A stretch of DNA of 63,269 nt, the filler included, from Perkinsus chesapeaki ATCC PRA-425 (Eukaryota > Protista > Perkinsozoa), in NCBI GenBank assembly GCA_013115145.1. It is 6 parts of 6 records of this genome, joined end to end, with 100 filler letters (N's around TTAATTAATTAA, not from the genome) between each part and the next. Parts side by side here need not be neighbours in the genome. Positions count along the whole stretch, not along the records: positions 1 to 21,398 come from JAAPAO010000595.1; 5 more parts are not named here. The stretch is one strand, 5' to 3'. Numbering within the stretch: position 1 is the stretch's first letter; every line of letters begins with the position of its first letter. Shown here piece by piece: positions 1-13,400 of this stretch. The position numbers and the translations under genes were made by a program. Under the pieces are notes generated by a model. It was not told the origin of the DNA. It searched no databases and saw only the letters and a program-made list of their open reading frames with translations.

Positions 1-583
1 TGACGATAACAATGGAGGGATCAAAGGGAAAAGGAGTTATTCTACTCTAACCAACTAATCTATGTACTTGCGTCCCCTTTAGCTACAAATGGGAAGTGCA
101 AGTAAGTACAAGTAAACAAGTTGGAATCCGCGCACAGCAACAGCGGCTCAAGGTTTCATCCCCAGACCCAAGCACCACAAGAGGGTGATCTTTTTAAGGA
201 GGTTTCAAACTCCTGACCGAAACTCAAAACAGCAAAATGGTGATTAAGCATTGGAATAAGTGGGATCTCCTGGCTGGAAAAGAGTTGAATTTTGTATTTG
301 ACGTCCAGTGGAGTACGAACCATCAAGGAGTCCCCCTGGGGTGCTGACGGGCGTGTACTGTTCTTCACGTCGACTAGCAAACCAAAAGGTGACATCGCCG
401 AAGCGCATCTTGGCTTCAAGATGCCGAAGGCAAGCCGTCCCAACCAGTCTCGAAGGTTGAGATAAACACCGGCCCTGTAACTTACAGGGAGTGAGAGGAG
501 AGGCGAGAACCAGTGACCAGTGGTAACCGTAACTAGCTACGATAGCTTGGCTTCATGACACCAGCTCATTATGTGATCTTCAC

Positions 584-667
584 ACAGCGCGAGAGAACCC
601 TCCACTTGTATTATACAAGTGGAGGGTTCTCTCGCGCTGTAACAGTATACAAGTTGTATACTGTTAC
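584..667. repeat. Two abutting perfect palindromes (28-bp and 14-bp arms, 1-nt centres) flanked by CTTGTAT / TTGTATA
   Basis: 584-611 is the exact reverse complement of 613-640; 639-652 is the exact reverse complement of 654-667. Confidence 0.95.
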
Positions 668-1029
668 TCGCTCTTCATAGCCATAATAGTTGTCTCTCGT
701 TTAAATGTATTATAAACTTCTCTCCAGGTCAAGTACATCTAAGATACTGGTTCAACTCATAGAGTTGTTAAGTTCTAAAGCATGTCACTTCATCACACCT
801 ATGGACTAGTTTATTCGTCATCAGTTATATCTCCAAAGGCGTTAATGAATCGCCACAGACTAGGGGGTCATCGATTCGGGGAAGGAGCGCATCGCAGATA
901 CTCCGCAGGTCACCGCTACCGATCTGGTTTCTCCCGACGCCCGCTGCTGGCTATGCTCGAGCACGGAGCATTTGAAATGTTTCATCCACTTTTCCGACTA
1001 ATTGACAGCAACTAAAGGTTAATAGTATT

Positions 1030-3628
1030 CTAAGTGGGACATAGCTCTCGCCGCAATGTGTCTATGAGGGCTAAATGGGATGGGCTGTCCTCTACCCGCC
1101 CTTTCAATCGTGTAGCAGTAGCTTCAAGAGACCAATCTCCTGAATAACAAACATGTAGATAGGCAAGAACGCTCCCTATACCGCGATCCTTCAGCGCCTC
1201 CTCTACAAGGTTCCGAGTCTCAGCGTTCGCCAGTAAGCTCCCTCTCAGCTGAGGACTACCATTCTTGCCATCTTCATTCTGAAAGTGAGGAGGATTCGTT
1301 GGAAAAGCAAATCGATGATAATCAGCTGATGCTGTCTCACCTCTTCATCTTCAGGCTTCTCATCATCTTCATGATCTTCACTCGGATCCTCTTCTATTGA
1401 TCCAAGCTCATCTAGTGCATCATCAGATATATCATCCATCTCTTCTTGAGCTAGATTCCAATCTTCAACCTCCATCATCACTGCTTCTTGAATACTCTCG
1501 TTAGATAGGTTTAGATCCTCCAAGTCTTTACTATTCTCTGACAAAACATCTACACCATTTGAAATGCCCTTCATATCATATTTACCTTCAGCATCATCAT
1601 GGTCAATCATCTCAGTATCATCTTGTATATTGTCAAGATCCTCTTTATCAGGGGAAGGTGGTAAGCCAAACTCAGGCATTGGTGGTAAAAGAACTTCATT
1701 ATCGTCGCCGTCTTCATCATTGTCTAAATGTCCTTCTTGTCCCTAAAGCCGATGTTACTTGTATCCGGAAGAACTCCGATTTACCCTATTTGCCTCTGCC
1801 TGAACGACAGGTCGGTCTGGTGAGGATGTGCGCAACTTCCTGTAATGAGGGAGTATAATCGTGATAATGTACATTATATTATGCGGCTTACTTTTCGAGT
1901 AGAACTTGACTTTTATAATATTTCTCTTGTTGCCTTAATCGCTTCTTCTTCATACTGTCACTACCCAACTCATCTGGGCTTGCCGTCACCAAGTGCTGAG
2001 GGTTCATCTCACCTAATTACCACCAATAACGCAAACTGGCGGCTCACATTTGGAACCTGTAAGGACTCGGCGGCGAAGGCTTGCATTCTGTGGATCAGAC
2101 AGGTTAAAGCTAACCGTCCTGTAAGCAGCTCTATAAGATTTGCTCTTGATACTCTGACCATGGTTATCGTACATAGCCTCCTCGATTCTTCTAGCCAACG
2201 AATTAAGAGGCTAATTATTCGCTAGAATGCATTTCCGAAGTGATACATGATCCTTACGATTGTATCATCTCCAGTTGTATCATCTGAACTTTCCTCCATT
2301 TCTAACGCTTTCATTTGTAAACCTGCAGCTTTCATCTCTGCCGCCCCCAGCAACAATGAGTTATAGAACTTATCAACTACCTAAACGAACAAATAAATAC
2401 ATTAAGAGACAGTATCTTACTTGTTTCCGCTTTTCTTCAGACTGTGGGGAAGATTTCGATTTCCTCTTTTTCCTCTTTTCGCTATTCCTGGAACTATCAG
2501 CAGCATTATTACGTGAATCCGATTCTCTATCGGACTCTACTGCTGGTGACCTCGTACCAGAGTCATCGTTCAATTCTTCATTTACTGTCTAACCAATAGT
2601 CGATGCCTTCCCCTCATATTAGGCTTACATCTCTCTGCAATTCGTTTGAATTAGTGGGTGTCGTTGGGAGGTTAACACTAATAGATCCACACCCTCCGCA
2701 GATGAAAGATATTGCTGACTAAAAGATGACGGATGCTGTTCACTAGACATTAACAATAGACACAAGAGAACAAGGGTAAGCAGCACAATCGATCTCCTCT
2801 CCCACCTGGGATGAGTAATCCTTCTCTCTTGTAGCTGCTCCCGGCTGTACTGCGTGTGGATGATACAGCTTGTGGCAATTCTGACACTCGTAGACTCTCA
2901 TTTCTGGATTGATAACTTGGAGATGCAACACCGGTACCTGTGGCGTGTTCATCTGATAGGAGAATTTCATCGCATCATCATCATCCTCACCATTGATGAA
3001 GTTGCTCCTTTAGGGTCGGGTGCTAAGACCGTCCTGGCTAGTTCAGGGGAGCATCCTTTACCTTCGGTGTAAACCTACCTCTCACCTTCCACTAATATCA
3101 ATTCCACTTCACTCACTTGTCTGGTGAAATATATCCCCTTTGCCGGTAGAGTGACATCAAGCTTTAACCATTCTTCTATAGGGAGTACCTGAGATAGGGT
3201 CTATACGAAGGCGTAGATGCTGTGACCTTACCTTCACGAGAGCTGTAATAGCCTCAGGTGGATTCCAATCCTCCCTATACCCACCTAATAGTTCTGATGC
3301 TCCATAGCTGTTGAGACTTCGTCCAGTGGCAGCATCAATATCCGGCATCCCTGCAGATTGACCAAAATCCAAGAAAGGCCTCCAGTACCTACTCAACAAT
3401 AGTGCTGCTTCTCTGTTTTACAAACCATAGTTACCATCTGCATCTGAGTCCCATGCCCGGTTTGAAGTCCTCTATTCGTGCTACATAAGGTTTAGATGGA
3501 TCACCGCTGAACAGTTCCACGTCACTGCCTCTATAAATCGGTATATTTAGAACAGGATGTGTTAATAAAAGCTCGCCGGGTGCTTCAGATAGGAGGCTTC
3601 GTAATTGCCTTTCCGGTGAGACTGGCAT
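1030..3628 (-). CDS. Multi-exon BAH domain + partial PHD-like motif + TFIIS central (TFS2M) domain protein with acidic C-terminal region
   Basis: BAH: GSDVELFSGDPSKPYVARIEDF...RCRW|YWRPF and SELLGGYREDWNPPEAI. PHD-like: NPEMRVYECQNCHKLYHPHAV. TFS2M: IEEAMY...YRAAYRTVSFNLSDPQNASLRRRVLTG|EMNPQHLVTASPDELGSD. GT-AG introns join these to the acidic exon (1245-1679 ORF) and a last exon ending TAG at 1030. Start approximate. Confidence 0.75.
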
Positions 3629-3739
3629 TATCAAAGGCTCAGCTAGTAGGCGTTTGAAGCTGATCCCGATGATGATGATGATTTCGTGTGGTTGCGGTCT
3701 ATTACCCCTCAATACTCTACAGAACACAAAAACTGTACT

Positions 3740-6700
3740 TTAATAAAGATGATGATTGATGAAAATGGTAATCGATAATGATAGATCATGTGATAGATTA
3801 GATAGATTCCCCCGACCCATCGAAATTGTCAGATTCAGCATCAACCGAATCTGGATCCTATACAAGGAATGTGGTAAATTAAAAAGGTTATTATTTTACC
3901 TCAGACACGCCATGCACAATTGCCATGATTATATCATCAGCAACTGCTGCTTCTTCTCCGGTGTTATCCCTTCTATTTACCCCTCTGATAGTAGCAGCAT
4001 CTTCTGGACTTGTCCATACAACAATAGTTGAGTCATCTGATACCGTTACCAAGCAAGGAGATCTGAGGCGAATAGACTGATGATCTTTACGCAAATAACA
4101 GTATAACCCTTATAGGAATCATAATTTAATTATTCAATACTAACTTCGAAGTACTAATAACTTACCACACTCAATATGCTAAATATTGTTTAATAATCTA
4201 TTAACATACTATTTACATGTGCTGTACTTTCCCTTCTGAATAATCTATTGATATCATATCCATGTAACTTAGTTCTGTATCAAGACACTACTTTACTTAT
4301 AATGTGTACCGGAAGGAAGACACTGTACCATACCTTTGCACTATATAACCCACTGTGGGTTACTCGCACAATTCCTGTCTATCGCACAATTGTCGTACCA
4401 CGCTATTACTAGCTATCTCTACTCGTGATATTCTACTCATTACCCACTCTGTTTACTGCTCTATCTCTCTTCGGATATATCTTATCCTTATGGTGTTTAT
4501 AACACTGCACCACCTTCCCCAGCCTTACATCATATCATTATCAGTTCCATCATGCTGGCTATGATCAATAGAAGGTAGCCATAATACAGCATTAACTGTA
4601 AGAGAATGTGCTCCACTAATAACTTGTAGAAGCGCACTTGTAGCTCGATGCCAAATAAACACCTGGCATAGTAGGAGCTCAGTGATGACGATATACTCAT
4701 CATCAACCTACTCTAGCATCATCACTGCCTGATAGAACAAGGGAATCTCCATCCCCTCCAAAGGCACATTTAAGGTTAAACCGTCCCCTTGTATGGCCGA
4801 TATACCTGACTACTATAGGAACACTGTTAGCTCCATCTCCTACCGTCGTAATGGTCTACGTTCACGTACATTCCACAACCTTATCATCGTCGGCTTAGAG
4901 TCCAACGCAAAAAGTACCTAACAACACTGCACCGGGACATATTGTATGCTGCTGCTAGCTAACCCAGTTAGGATTGAATGTTGATGGTGTTATGCATGTT
5001 ATGAGTGATGTCTCTGTGATAAGCCTTGCCACACGATACATTACCTAGCACAGCACTCTCTCACAGTTCTTATATCTCCCTCACTCACCGTGAATCCACC
5101 ACCCCCAGTAGATGAGCTATCGTCGGCTGTATCCTCAGTTAAACCAGTTATGGCAGCTAACTGTCTACCAGAAGCAACCCATAAGCTATTATCAGCAGGC
5201 GGAGCGAAGCAAATATCATGCACTCGACCGCGAAGCCGAACTGTTAGTAAAACCTGATATTAATAACACAACTATCAAACCACCACCACCACCGCCAACA
5301 ACAATACCTTACCTCATTTCTTTCTACATCCGATATAACAACAATCTTATCACGACTTCCGGATACTAACTAATTACAGCAAGAACAAGAGCATTCACTT
5401 ACGGTGGTGGTAATGTACTAATCAACCAACCTGCGTCCTGTACCCGGGCCTCCATACAACTTGTGTTATCACTTCAGAATGTACCTCTATATTACAGTGA
5501 GGCCCCCTCATCCTACCATGATCTGAAATATCACACTTAGATCAATCCAAACAAAAGAGTTGTTCACCTTTAGTAGAATTCGATATCTTCCAAACCTTAA
5601 CAGCACCATCATTGGCACCGGAAGCGAGATACGTATCATCACAATTAAAACTAACTACTGCACATTCATCTTCGTGCCCCATAAGTGTATCCAACTAACC
5701 GATAATGAATCGCATCTCAGTAGGACAATTGGTATCGTTCTACATATTTTAAGCATTCCCCATGTCTTTTAGCAGCATCCTCATTCACAACTGACCACAG
5801 TATAACACTTTTATCCTTACCACAAGTAGCTACCATTCTACCATTATTAGATAAAGCCATGTACCATACCTACCACGGATAGGTAAAATGAATGAATGTG
5901 AAGTCAGGACGTACTTGATCAGAGTGCTTCTTGATTATCTGTGCGGCTGCCAAGGTTACTTTAGGAGTAGGACAGTGATGGTCCTGATAATAAACCATCT
6001 ATCACTCATCATCGTTAAGGCTTACCTCAAGTAGAGTAAGTTCATTATGGTGATGATGATAAGAGGTTAAATCATGATTTAGACAGTTATCTAGTTGATA
6101 CTGTGTAGCGTACCTTACCCAGTAGTAGCAGCAGCTCATTTGTTATATATCCTTGTTACCCTAATAATGTCATCAGCCTTCCTGGTGGAACGCATACTTC
6201 TGGTGGTAGTTTCTGTCGTATCTTATCCCATAATTGACTTCTAGATTCCTAAGTATCCACCATTTCCGGTATAGTTCTACCTCCTCTTCACCTACTTCAG
6301 TATCCCACACCTTACCATCACATCCGTCCTCCCCCAGTTCATCATCAAACTCGCTATACGAGGAATACAGTAAACGACTAGAAAGGAGTTAATTAGAAAG
6401 AAAATAATTACACTACTTAGCATCATCATGAATTCTAGATGTAAGTGTTTCATCATCCCTACTAAGCTCTGTCATAGACTGTAGAGCTTTTACAACACTC
6501 AATGTCTCATGCTCATAACATGATTCAACATCGGCGGTATCTCGTAAGTACAAATACTCCCGAAGTGCTTCTAAAAACCTAGACATAATAAAAACGGTTG
6601 GTGGGCACTATAGAGAATACTTCTGTTCCATAATATCGAAAATCATCCGCTTTTTTATCTTGTCGTTTTCGTCGTTTATCTTCAGCACTTGTAGAGCTAC

Positions 6701-7065
6701 AATAGCCTACTTCAACGCATGGATTATGCATCACACTGTAATTTACCTTGTCCCAGTTCCCAAGTTCTATATCCTTCCTCATTATTACTATATCTTCTCT
6801 TGCGGACACACAACCACTTTCCTGTGAAAGGGCAGATGCCGCATTAGTATACCTGACCAGAAAGGATGAGATATAGTATAATTAATACGGATAAAATACA
6901 TTAATATCAATTTATCAGACGCGCATCTATCACCGAGAACTCACCCAAGATGCTCAAGTGTCTCCACCATCATGGATGCCAGCTCCTTGTTCTCTTTGCT
7001 GGCCTATAATAAATGTATTAACATGTTAACATAGTCCCCACCTTCTCATCCCTTGTCCACTTCAT
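3740..7065 (-). CDS. WDR26: WDR26/GID7-like LisH-CTLH-WD40 protein (CTLH E3 complex), multi-exon
   Basis: ELASMMVETLEHLG|YTNAASALSQESGC...DIELGNWDKV (LisH/CTLH with ESGC); YIGHTRGRFNLKCAFGGDGDSLVLSGSDD; VFIWHRATSALLQVISGAHSLTVNAV; LVTVSDDSTIVVW. These match the WDR26 family layout. Ends approximate. Confidence 0.8.
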
Positions 7066-7302
7066 TTCCCTTTCTTCCGAGCTTCCTCTACTATTACTCC
7101 TTCTAGTGTAACGCTTAGGCCTTTTACTACTAGTCGGTGTGGTCGAGTTATGTGGAGATGAGCTTGAGGCAGATGGTGAGGTTGTTGGTGGTGGAGGGGG
7201 TCTTTTACGACTAGTAATGAGGGGGAGTAAGGTTAAAGTTCACTAACCAGAATTGTGATGTACAAGAATATTGGACAACACTTCAACACAATAGTAAATA
7301 GA

Positions 7303-9062
7303 TTATCGTTGCCTTCGAGAATCGCTTCGGCTTCTACTATATCCATTATAAGGGCTTGATGAGTTGTGCCCTCCATCTCGGGACCGTGATCTAGACCTTC
7401 TCCTCCTCCTATCATCGTGAGATAATATCCTTCTATAATGTTTAGGAGATCTACTCCTACTATCATCACTCCGATGGCTATCGCTGGATACCTGATCGAT
7501 TATTGTCATCCAGTCAGAGTAACAGGTCCGAAGTGTGTGCATATAATAATAGTAGAGGTGATTACCGCCGCCTCTGATGCACTTTGCTCACCTCCCTCCT
7601 CGTTGCATCCTTAGATTCATGCTTATGCTTATGATGATGATGCTTATCCTTTTTAGCTTTTCTCTTCTTATCCTTTTTCTTACTCGTTTTATCATCCTGC
7701 AGAGCAAGACAATAACCCAATCCCTATTATCTCTTTATACCTCCTTTGCTTCATTGGCCTCTATAAGCCTTTTAGCATTAATAGCCTGTTCACATATATT
7801 TACCCATCCCCTTATCTCATCAGCAACAGCTTTGGCATAACGAACACCCTGATCACCATTCAACATAGTAGACATTAAGATAAGCCCACCTCAATTGAAG
7901 ATGCGAAAACGGTCCCGAGGCTCTCCAGTTGCTTAGCGGCTTTTAATGCAGTATCTAACAACGCATCATCCTCAACAACAACTCTGTACTTGTGAAGATT
8001 CTCGAAGAACAAGCCTAAGAAGGTAGTAGCATCAGATAATAAGAGTTAGGAAAGTGCGGAGCTTTACCTAGCCTCTTCCACATAACAGCCTGTTGAAGCA
8101 ATAGGTTATCGTCTAGGATGGCATCGACTTTATGATCAACCTATCACATCAATACGTCGATAATACCACACCTGTGAGATGTTGCCACTTACCTCTTCTA
8201 GTCCATCTCGTATCCTACACTTAATGCTTCTCATCACATCTATGGTACAGAGTGAGCACGCCTTCTCAACAGCTTTACGATTCCCTGGATCTTCATCACT
8301 CGTAAGATACTTCTCCAACTCGGTGAGTTGTGCCTGAAGTACCAATGGATGCCACAAGAAGTAAGTTTCATACTTGGAAGCCTAAGTTGGGGTAAACATG
8401 AGGACGGCGTGCCTCTACCATAGAGAAGGCCTCCTTGAAGGTTAGCCCTCTCAAAAACATAATATACCTAAAGAGTGTTCGGCATGGGACTGCTAACTAA
8501 GTCATTACGCTATAGCAATACTGGAGCTTCTCGACACTCCTTTTGAACAATGAACTAATACCCGATTATGTTCATTATCAGTTAATGCTTTATGAATGAA
8601 GCCAAAGGCACCAGGAAGATCTTGAAGGATGTCGTAATCAGGCAGGTCCTTCATACTAACTCGGTAGTACTTAAGGCGGCCCTATTAACAATAACATAAC
8701 AATTACTACTAAGTCATCCTATACCTCATATTTAGCTGGTAATTGAGGATGGGCTATAACGACATGAGTGATATTATGTTCGATTAGTAACCTGATTCAC
8801 TTAACAACTATTTTGATGATAAGTATAGCTTTATGGCAGGTCACCGTGGGGCTAGATTCGAAGCGTAATACTAATATCTACGACTAAATAAACAGAATGT
8901 ACTCCTTCACCTCTTGTCAGTGGCTGCCTCTTTAGAGCCCACATAGAGCCTTCTTAAAAGTGTATCATCATCAGATACGGCATGCAAATGACATGCTTGC
9001 TCGTGATAGAGTGCTTCAAAGAAGGAGTAATGTTTATCAAGCTCTGCTGATGATATAGCCAT
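7303..9062 (-). CDS. Dual-specificity protein phosphatase with Arg/Ser-rich C-terminal tail, multi-exon
   Basis: RLYVGSKEAA...HNITHVV...KYYRVSMKDLPDYDILQDLPGAFGFIHKAL...VLVHCSKGVSRSSSIAIA (HCxxGxSRS)...EARRPHVYPNLGF; last exon RRRRSRSRSRDGG...SRSRSDSRRQR*. Confidence 0.85.
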
Positions 9063-9210
9063 ATCACCAGCACTAACGGCACCACTTATAACAACCACTA
9101 CTAGAACAACTCAACATCAATGATCATGATGATGAGTTAATACATAATATTATAGCAACATGCAGGAAATAGTATATTAATATTTTGTGTAATAATACAG
9201 ATAATATTAA

Positions 9211-10356
9211 CTAGACCAAAGTAAGGCTCTCATAAGAGTCATTACCATGTTCAATAGGATTAGTAATGATTTTCTGTTTATAAACCTTATTATATAGTTT
9301 AGCGTTAACACAAGCAAAATGAATAAACTTGCCCTTATTGGTTACATCATACTTCACGAGATGACAGAAACTATAACACCGATAGTTATCCCATACACCA
9401 ATTATAATGCCATCCTTAATATCGTATAGAGCGAATTGACCTAGGGTACCCAGGGCCAGTGTCAGCCTGTCATTGATAGTTATAACTTGGGCTGAAAATA
9501 TCTGTGAAACATCATTTTTCCATAGTAGCCTCCAAGACTTCACTGCCACCATACGTCCGTCATTCAGGTCTGCCTTATAGTGCCGTAGGATACTATCATC
9601 TGCATCAATGGTATAAACCATAACCTCTTGAGAGCCATCAGGTGATGCTGATACCGCAAAAACACCACTGAAGAACGGTTTCCCAGTAGAGGTAGTCAAA
9701 TATACAGGAGAGTTCTGTGATGATATCCCAGTGCTTAGATTCACAACCCCTATAGATGCCGGTCCAGATAACCATGTAATAGCTTTCATATTATGTACCG
9801 TTGAAAACTGACGTTTATATGTTATCAAGGGAACATCACCACACATACGACCCAGTGATGTGAAACTGCCGCCATCACGTCGGTTTATCTGAGCAATTGT
9901 CTTATCCTCTAAAATAGCAAAGACATATCCGAGCATTGATTCGGAAGCTGTGATAGCCTCTACTAGACATCCTATAGAGGGTGTATCAAACCTGCACCAT
10001 GAGGTTACTATTGTGATATAATATGAACCCTTGGACAGGATATACAGTACTTCACCATCTGATGCTAGATCAATGATAGCATCATCTTGAGAATGTACCC
10101 GTACTTCCTCCTGTAGGAAACGTACAGGTCTATATGATGATACTAAGAGATAGTCCCATACCGTAATAAGAAGATCAGTGGATGTATCATAATCATCACT
10201 TTTTACTTTTATATAGGACAATCTCAACAACCATAGTGGTATCGAATGAGGCTCATATGTATGCAGCTTCCAAGTGGAAGTAGACAAGGCTTCACCACCC
10301 TGCCGTGGAGTAATGATTACTAATCCCTCAAAAGACTGAAACAGACTGTCGTACTA
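9211..10356 (-). CDS. Uncharacterised protein, long single exon, beta-propeller/WD40-like pattern
   Basis: 358-aa ORF with repeated beta-strand patterns (IIDLASDGEVLYILS, VEAITASESMLGYVFAI, FAVSASPDGSQEVMVY); frame stays open up to an AG acceptor near 10356. Family not recognised. Confidence 0.5.
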
Positions 10357-10403
10357 TTTAACTGAACACCTAATAGTAGATACGATAAGAAGATACATGA
10401 GCA

Positions 10404-13400
10404 TTAATCATCATTATCCATATAATGCTTTATATCATCTATCTCATTGAGATGTTCCTTTACCTCATTAAATGCTTTCCGTATCTAACATATCACTAAT
10501 TCTTACACCTTCCATTACCTCCTCTCTACCATATCCTTCAAAGCCTTGCCATCTTCATACTTATATTCACCACCATTCCCACTCTTACCAGATGACGTCC
10601 ATTTAGACAGTGGAGGGGTGGCGCGATTATGACCACTTAGTGGTCTCTGACATGGACACTAACCCCAGGTATATAATAACTATGCACCTTGAACTTTTCG
10701 ATTGTACCAGCAACCATGGCCAAGGTTCTGGCACTCTCTCTAAACTTCGCCGTCTTCCTATCAGCAACAACAGCTTCAGCATAGATCTCCTTTCGTTCAG
10801 CCAGAGATAGATCTCGCCATGGATCAGAGCATGGTGGACACTCCTATATGCAAGAGGCATGGGTTCGATCCCGGCACTCGCCTTTTTTACCACATCAATT
10901 GGTGTTTTAGGATCCCAATAAGGAAGGGTATGTTGTCCTTGTATACTTTGTGCTCTCTCTGTATAATCCATACCACTATATTTATGATAGACATCTCTCA
11001 TCTCCTGTAAATGTTCCATAAAATGGTCCATAAACCACATATACCTACTAAATCCTACAACCAGCTCAATCACTACTACCTCTACATTACTTGTTATGAA
11101 ATATCTTATCATCAGAAGAGCGTTTAGTTAATACCCGCACTACAAAGAAGTCACGAGGATTAACATCTAATGGAGATTATCAGTCATCATCGAGGGTGGT
11201 CCTGGTTACCGTCAATATCATCTATATCATCACATTCACCCGAATACACTATATCAATCTCAAATAGATATCTAATACTGCATCTAATAAAATGTTAATA
11301 TTATCCTTACCTATGAACAGGTTTTAAATCATCAGATATATCATTAGCTTCATCAACTGCTGGACATAATTCTTCCAAAACACTTTTAACTTTCCGCATA
11401 ACCCTACCATCTCGTACCTCATATACCTTTCCACCACCATACTGCCAATAGTCATTCTCACCATCTCCTCCAATTCATTTAACCTTGGTGTCAATTCGTT
11501 ATACGCTTTTGATGCTTCCAACTCCTCCCATATACCATCATCTACACTATCATTACTAATAGGAACAGTGGGACTGCGTGGGACCTAGGATAACCATTGT
11601 CCTATCATTACCGTATCACCCCAGCCACCTACCACCAAGGACATGGTAAAAGCTCTGCCGAACACTATCCTATCCCCACTTCTCAATTTAATACTCTTAT
11701 CAACTAACTTCCTATTTACTATTACCCTACACTTCGATGCTGGTCCACATAACCTCAACTCTACCTATCAACCATTACTTATTATTATTACTACCATCTA
11801 CTGCTGTTGGTATTTTTACCTCAATACCATCTTGTGTCTCTAATGTGGCTAAATGCCTTGTCATACCTAGACCTTTTAACACTATGGTATTATCAGATGA
11901 CGACCCTATTGATACTACTGTATTCAATGGTATACGATATCTGATAGAAAAATAGTAAAATACACCAAGATAGATCACACCCAGGTGCCCGAAGACGGGA
12001 CTGGAAGGGGATTTTCCACAATGTTAAGCCCGTAAAACAGCGAAGAATTCAAATCCGTCGGAAAAAAATTAGCGTATGAGCCCCCTCGCTGGACGATGAT
12101 GATGGTCCAGTATAACTAATATATGATCAAAGTCCCCCAAGGTTGTCATCATGTCGCATATCTTTAAAGTGAAGTAGTACACCACTACAGTGCATTGAAT
12201 GGTGATGGACATACCAATAGGAGAGAATGGGACAGGACTATTCAGACCTTCGCTACTATGGTTTTATGATACTATACTTATACCACTCTTCAGGCAAAAT
12301 TCAATGAGCTCAGAACTGGTTACAGTTTCTGGATATATCCGCACCATCTATATATTACATTAACCTGCCAGATAATAAAGGATCTGGTGATACATTATGG
12401 AGATATGGGCATCCATCAGAGGTGGTATCACCAACGCCTTTAACCTATTATTAATATCATATATTAATACATATACCAAACTAACATCTGCTAAACCATA
12501 GTTATTGAGTAACTTTTCCCGTTCAATAGCCATCTCTCTAGCCTCAGCCAGTTGTGCTTCATACCTAGTATCATCCATATATCATCCTATATAATATATT
12601 ATATCACTTCCCCTTCATCGACATCATAACCTTCTCCCTCATTTTCAGCTCCTCCTGTAGTTGCTCATGTACCCCAGGATCCACTGTCTACCATTCCTTC
12701 CCCCTTCCACCTTTCATTATTACCTTGATGCTCCTCCCTTTCCATTTCCATCTGTCTATGTTCATCTATCTCCCTTCTAAGATTCTTGATCTCCGCCTGC
12801 AGCTCCTGTATCATATCTATCACCATAATTCCCCCTCCCTCCCCCACCATCACCACCTACTCTGTGTCCCAAAATTCTGCTTAGCCGAAGTCTTAATAGT
12901 CTTGACACTAGATGCAAATCTCAGTGTACCTATAAACACACTAACCGCTGCCTGCCTGCCTGCCTGCCATTGCCATTATTATCACTTAGTGTCTCTTCAG
13001 CCTCAGATGGTGATGGACTTATTGCAGCTATCATAAAGGTACGGCTATTACCCGATAATGAATCCTTGAGAAGGAAGGTCAGCTTAGAGTTACGGAAAGG
13101 TACGTGATATCCCTCAGGTGCTGCCAGCACTGTGATATACAATACTTACAATATAAACCACTTACATGCTCTACCAGCCTTCTCTGACAGCTCCCTTATA
13201 CATATCCCCAGATTGGTCAGACTTTGGTTAATAGCAGTACCCTCTTTAAGCCTCTAACACACCTATTATTACCAATATTTAATAATAATCATTACATCCC
13301 CATCCGCTCCCGTCTTGCTCGTTCTCTCACTACCCGATAAATCTACTAGGTTAAGTCTTGAATTTAATGATACCTAATAACATGTATCCTCTCTCCTCCC

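Noticed and set aside
156-1015. Short ORFs 156-443 and 782-1015
   Set aside because: No motifs, atypical composition, and located in a scarred intergenic or repeat-like region.
10627-10843. C-terminal half of the 161-aa ORF in the track ([19 protein letters not shown]...)
   Set aside because: Probably the wrong frame; a 47-nt GT-AG intron shifts to a more plausible frame ending at a donor.
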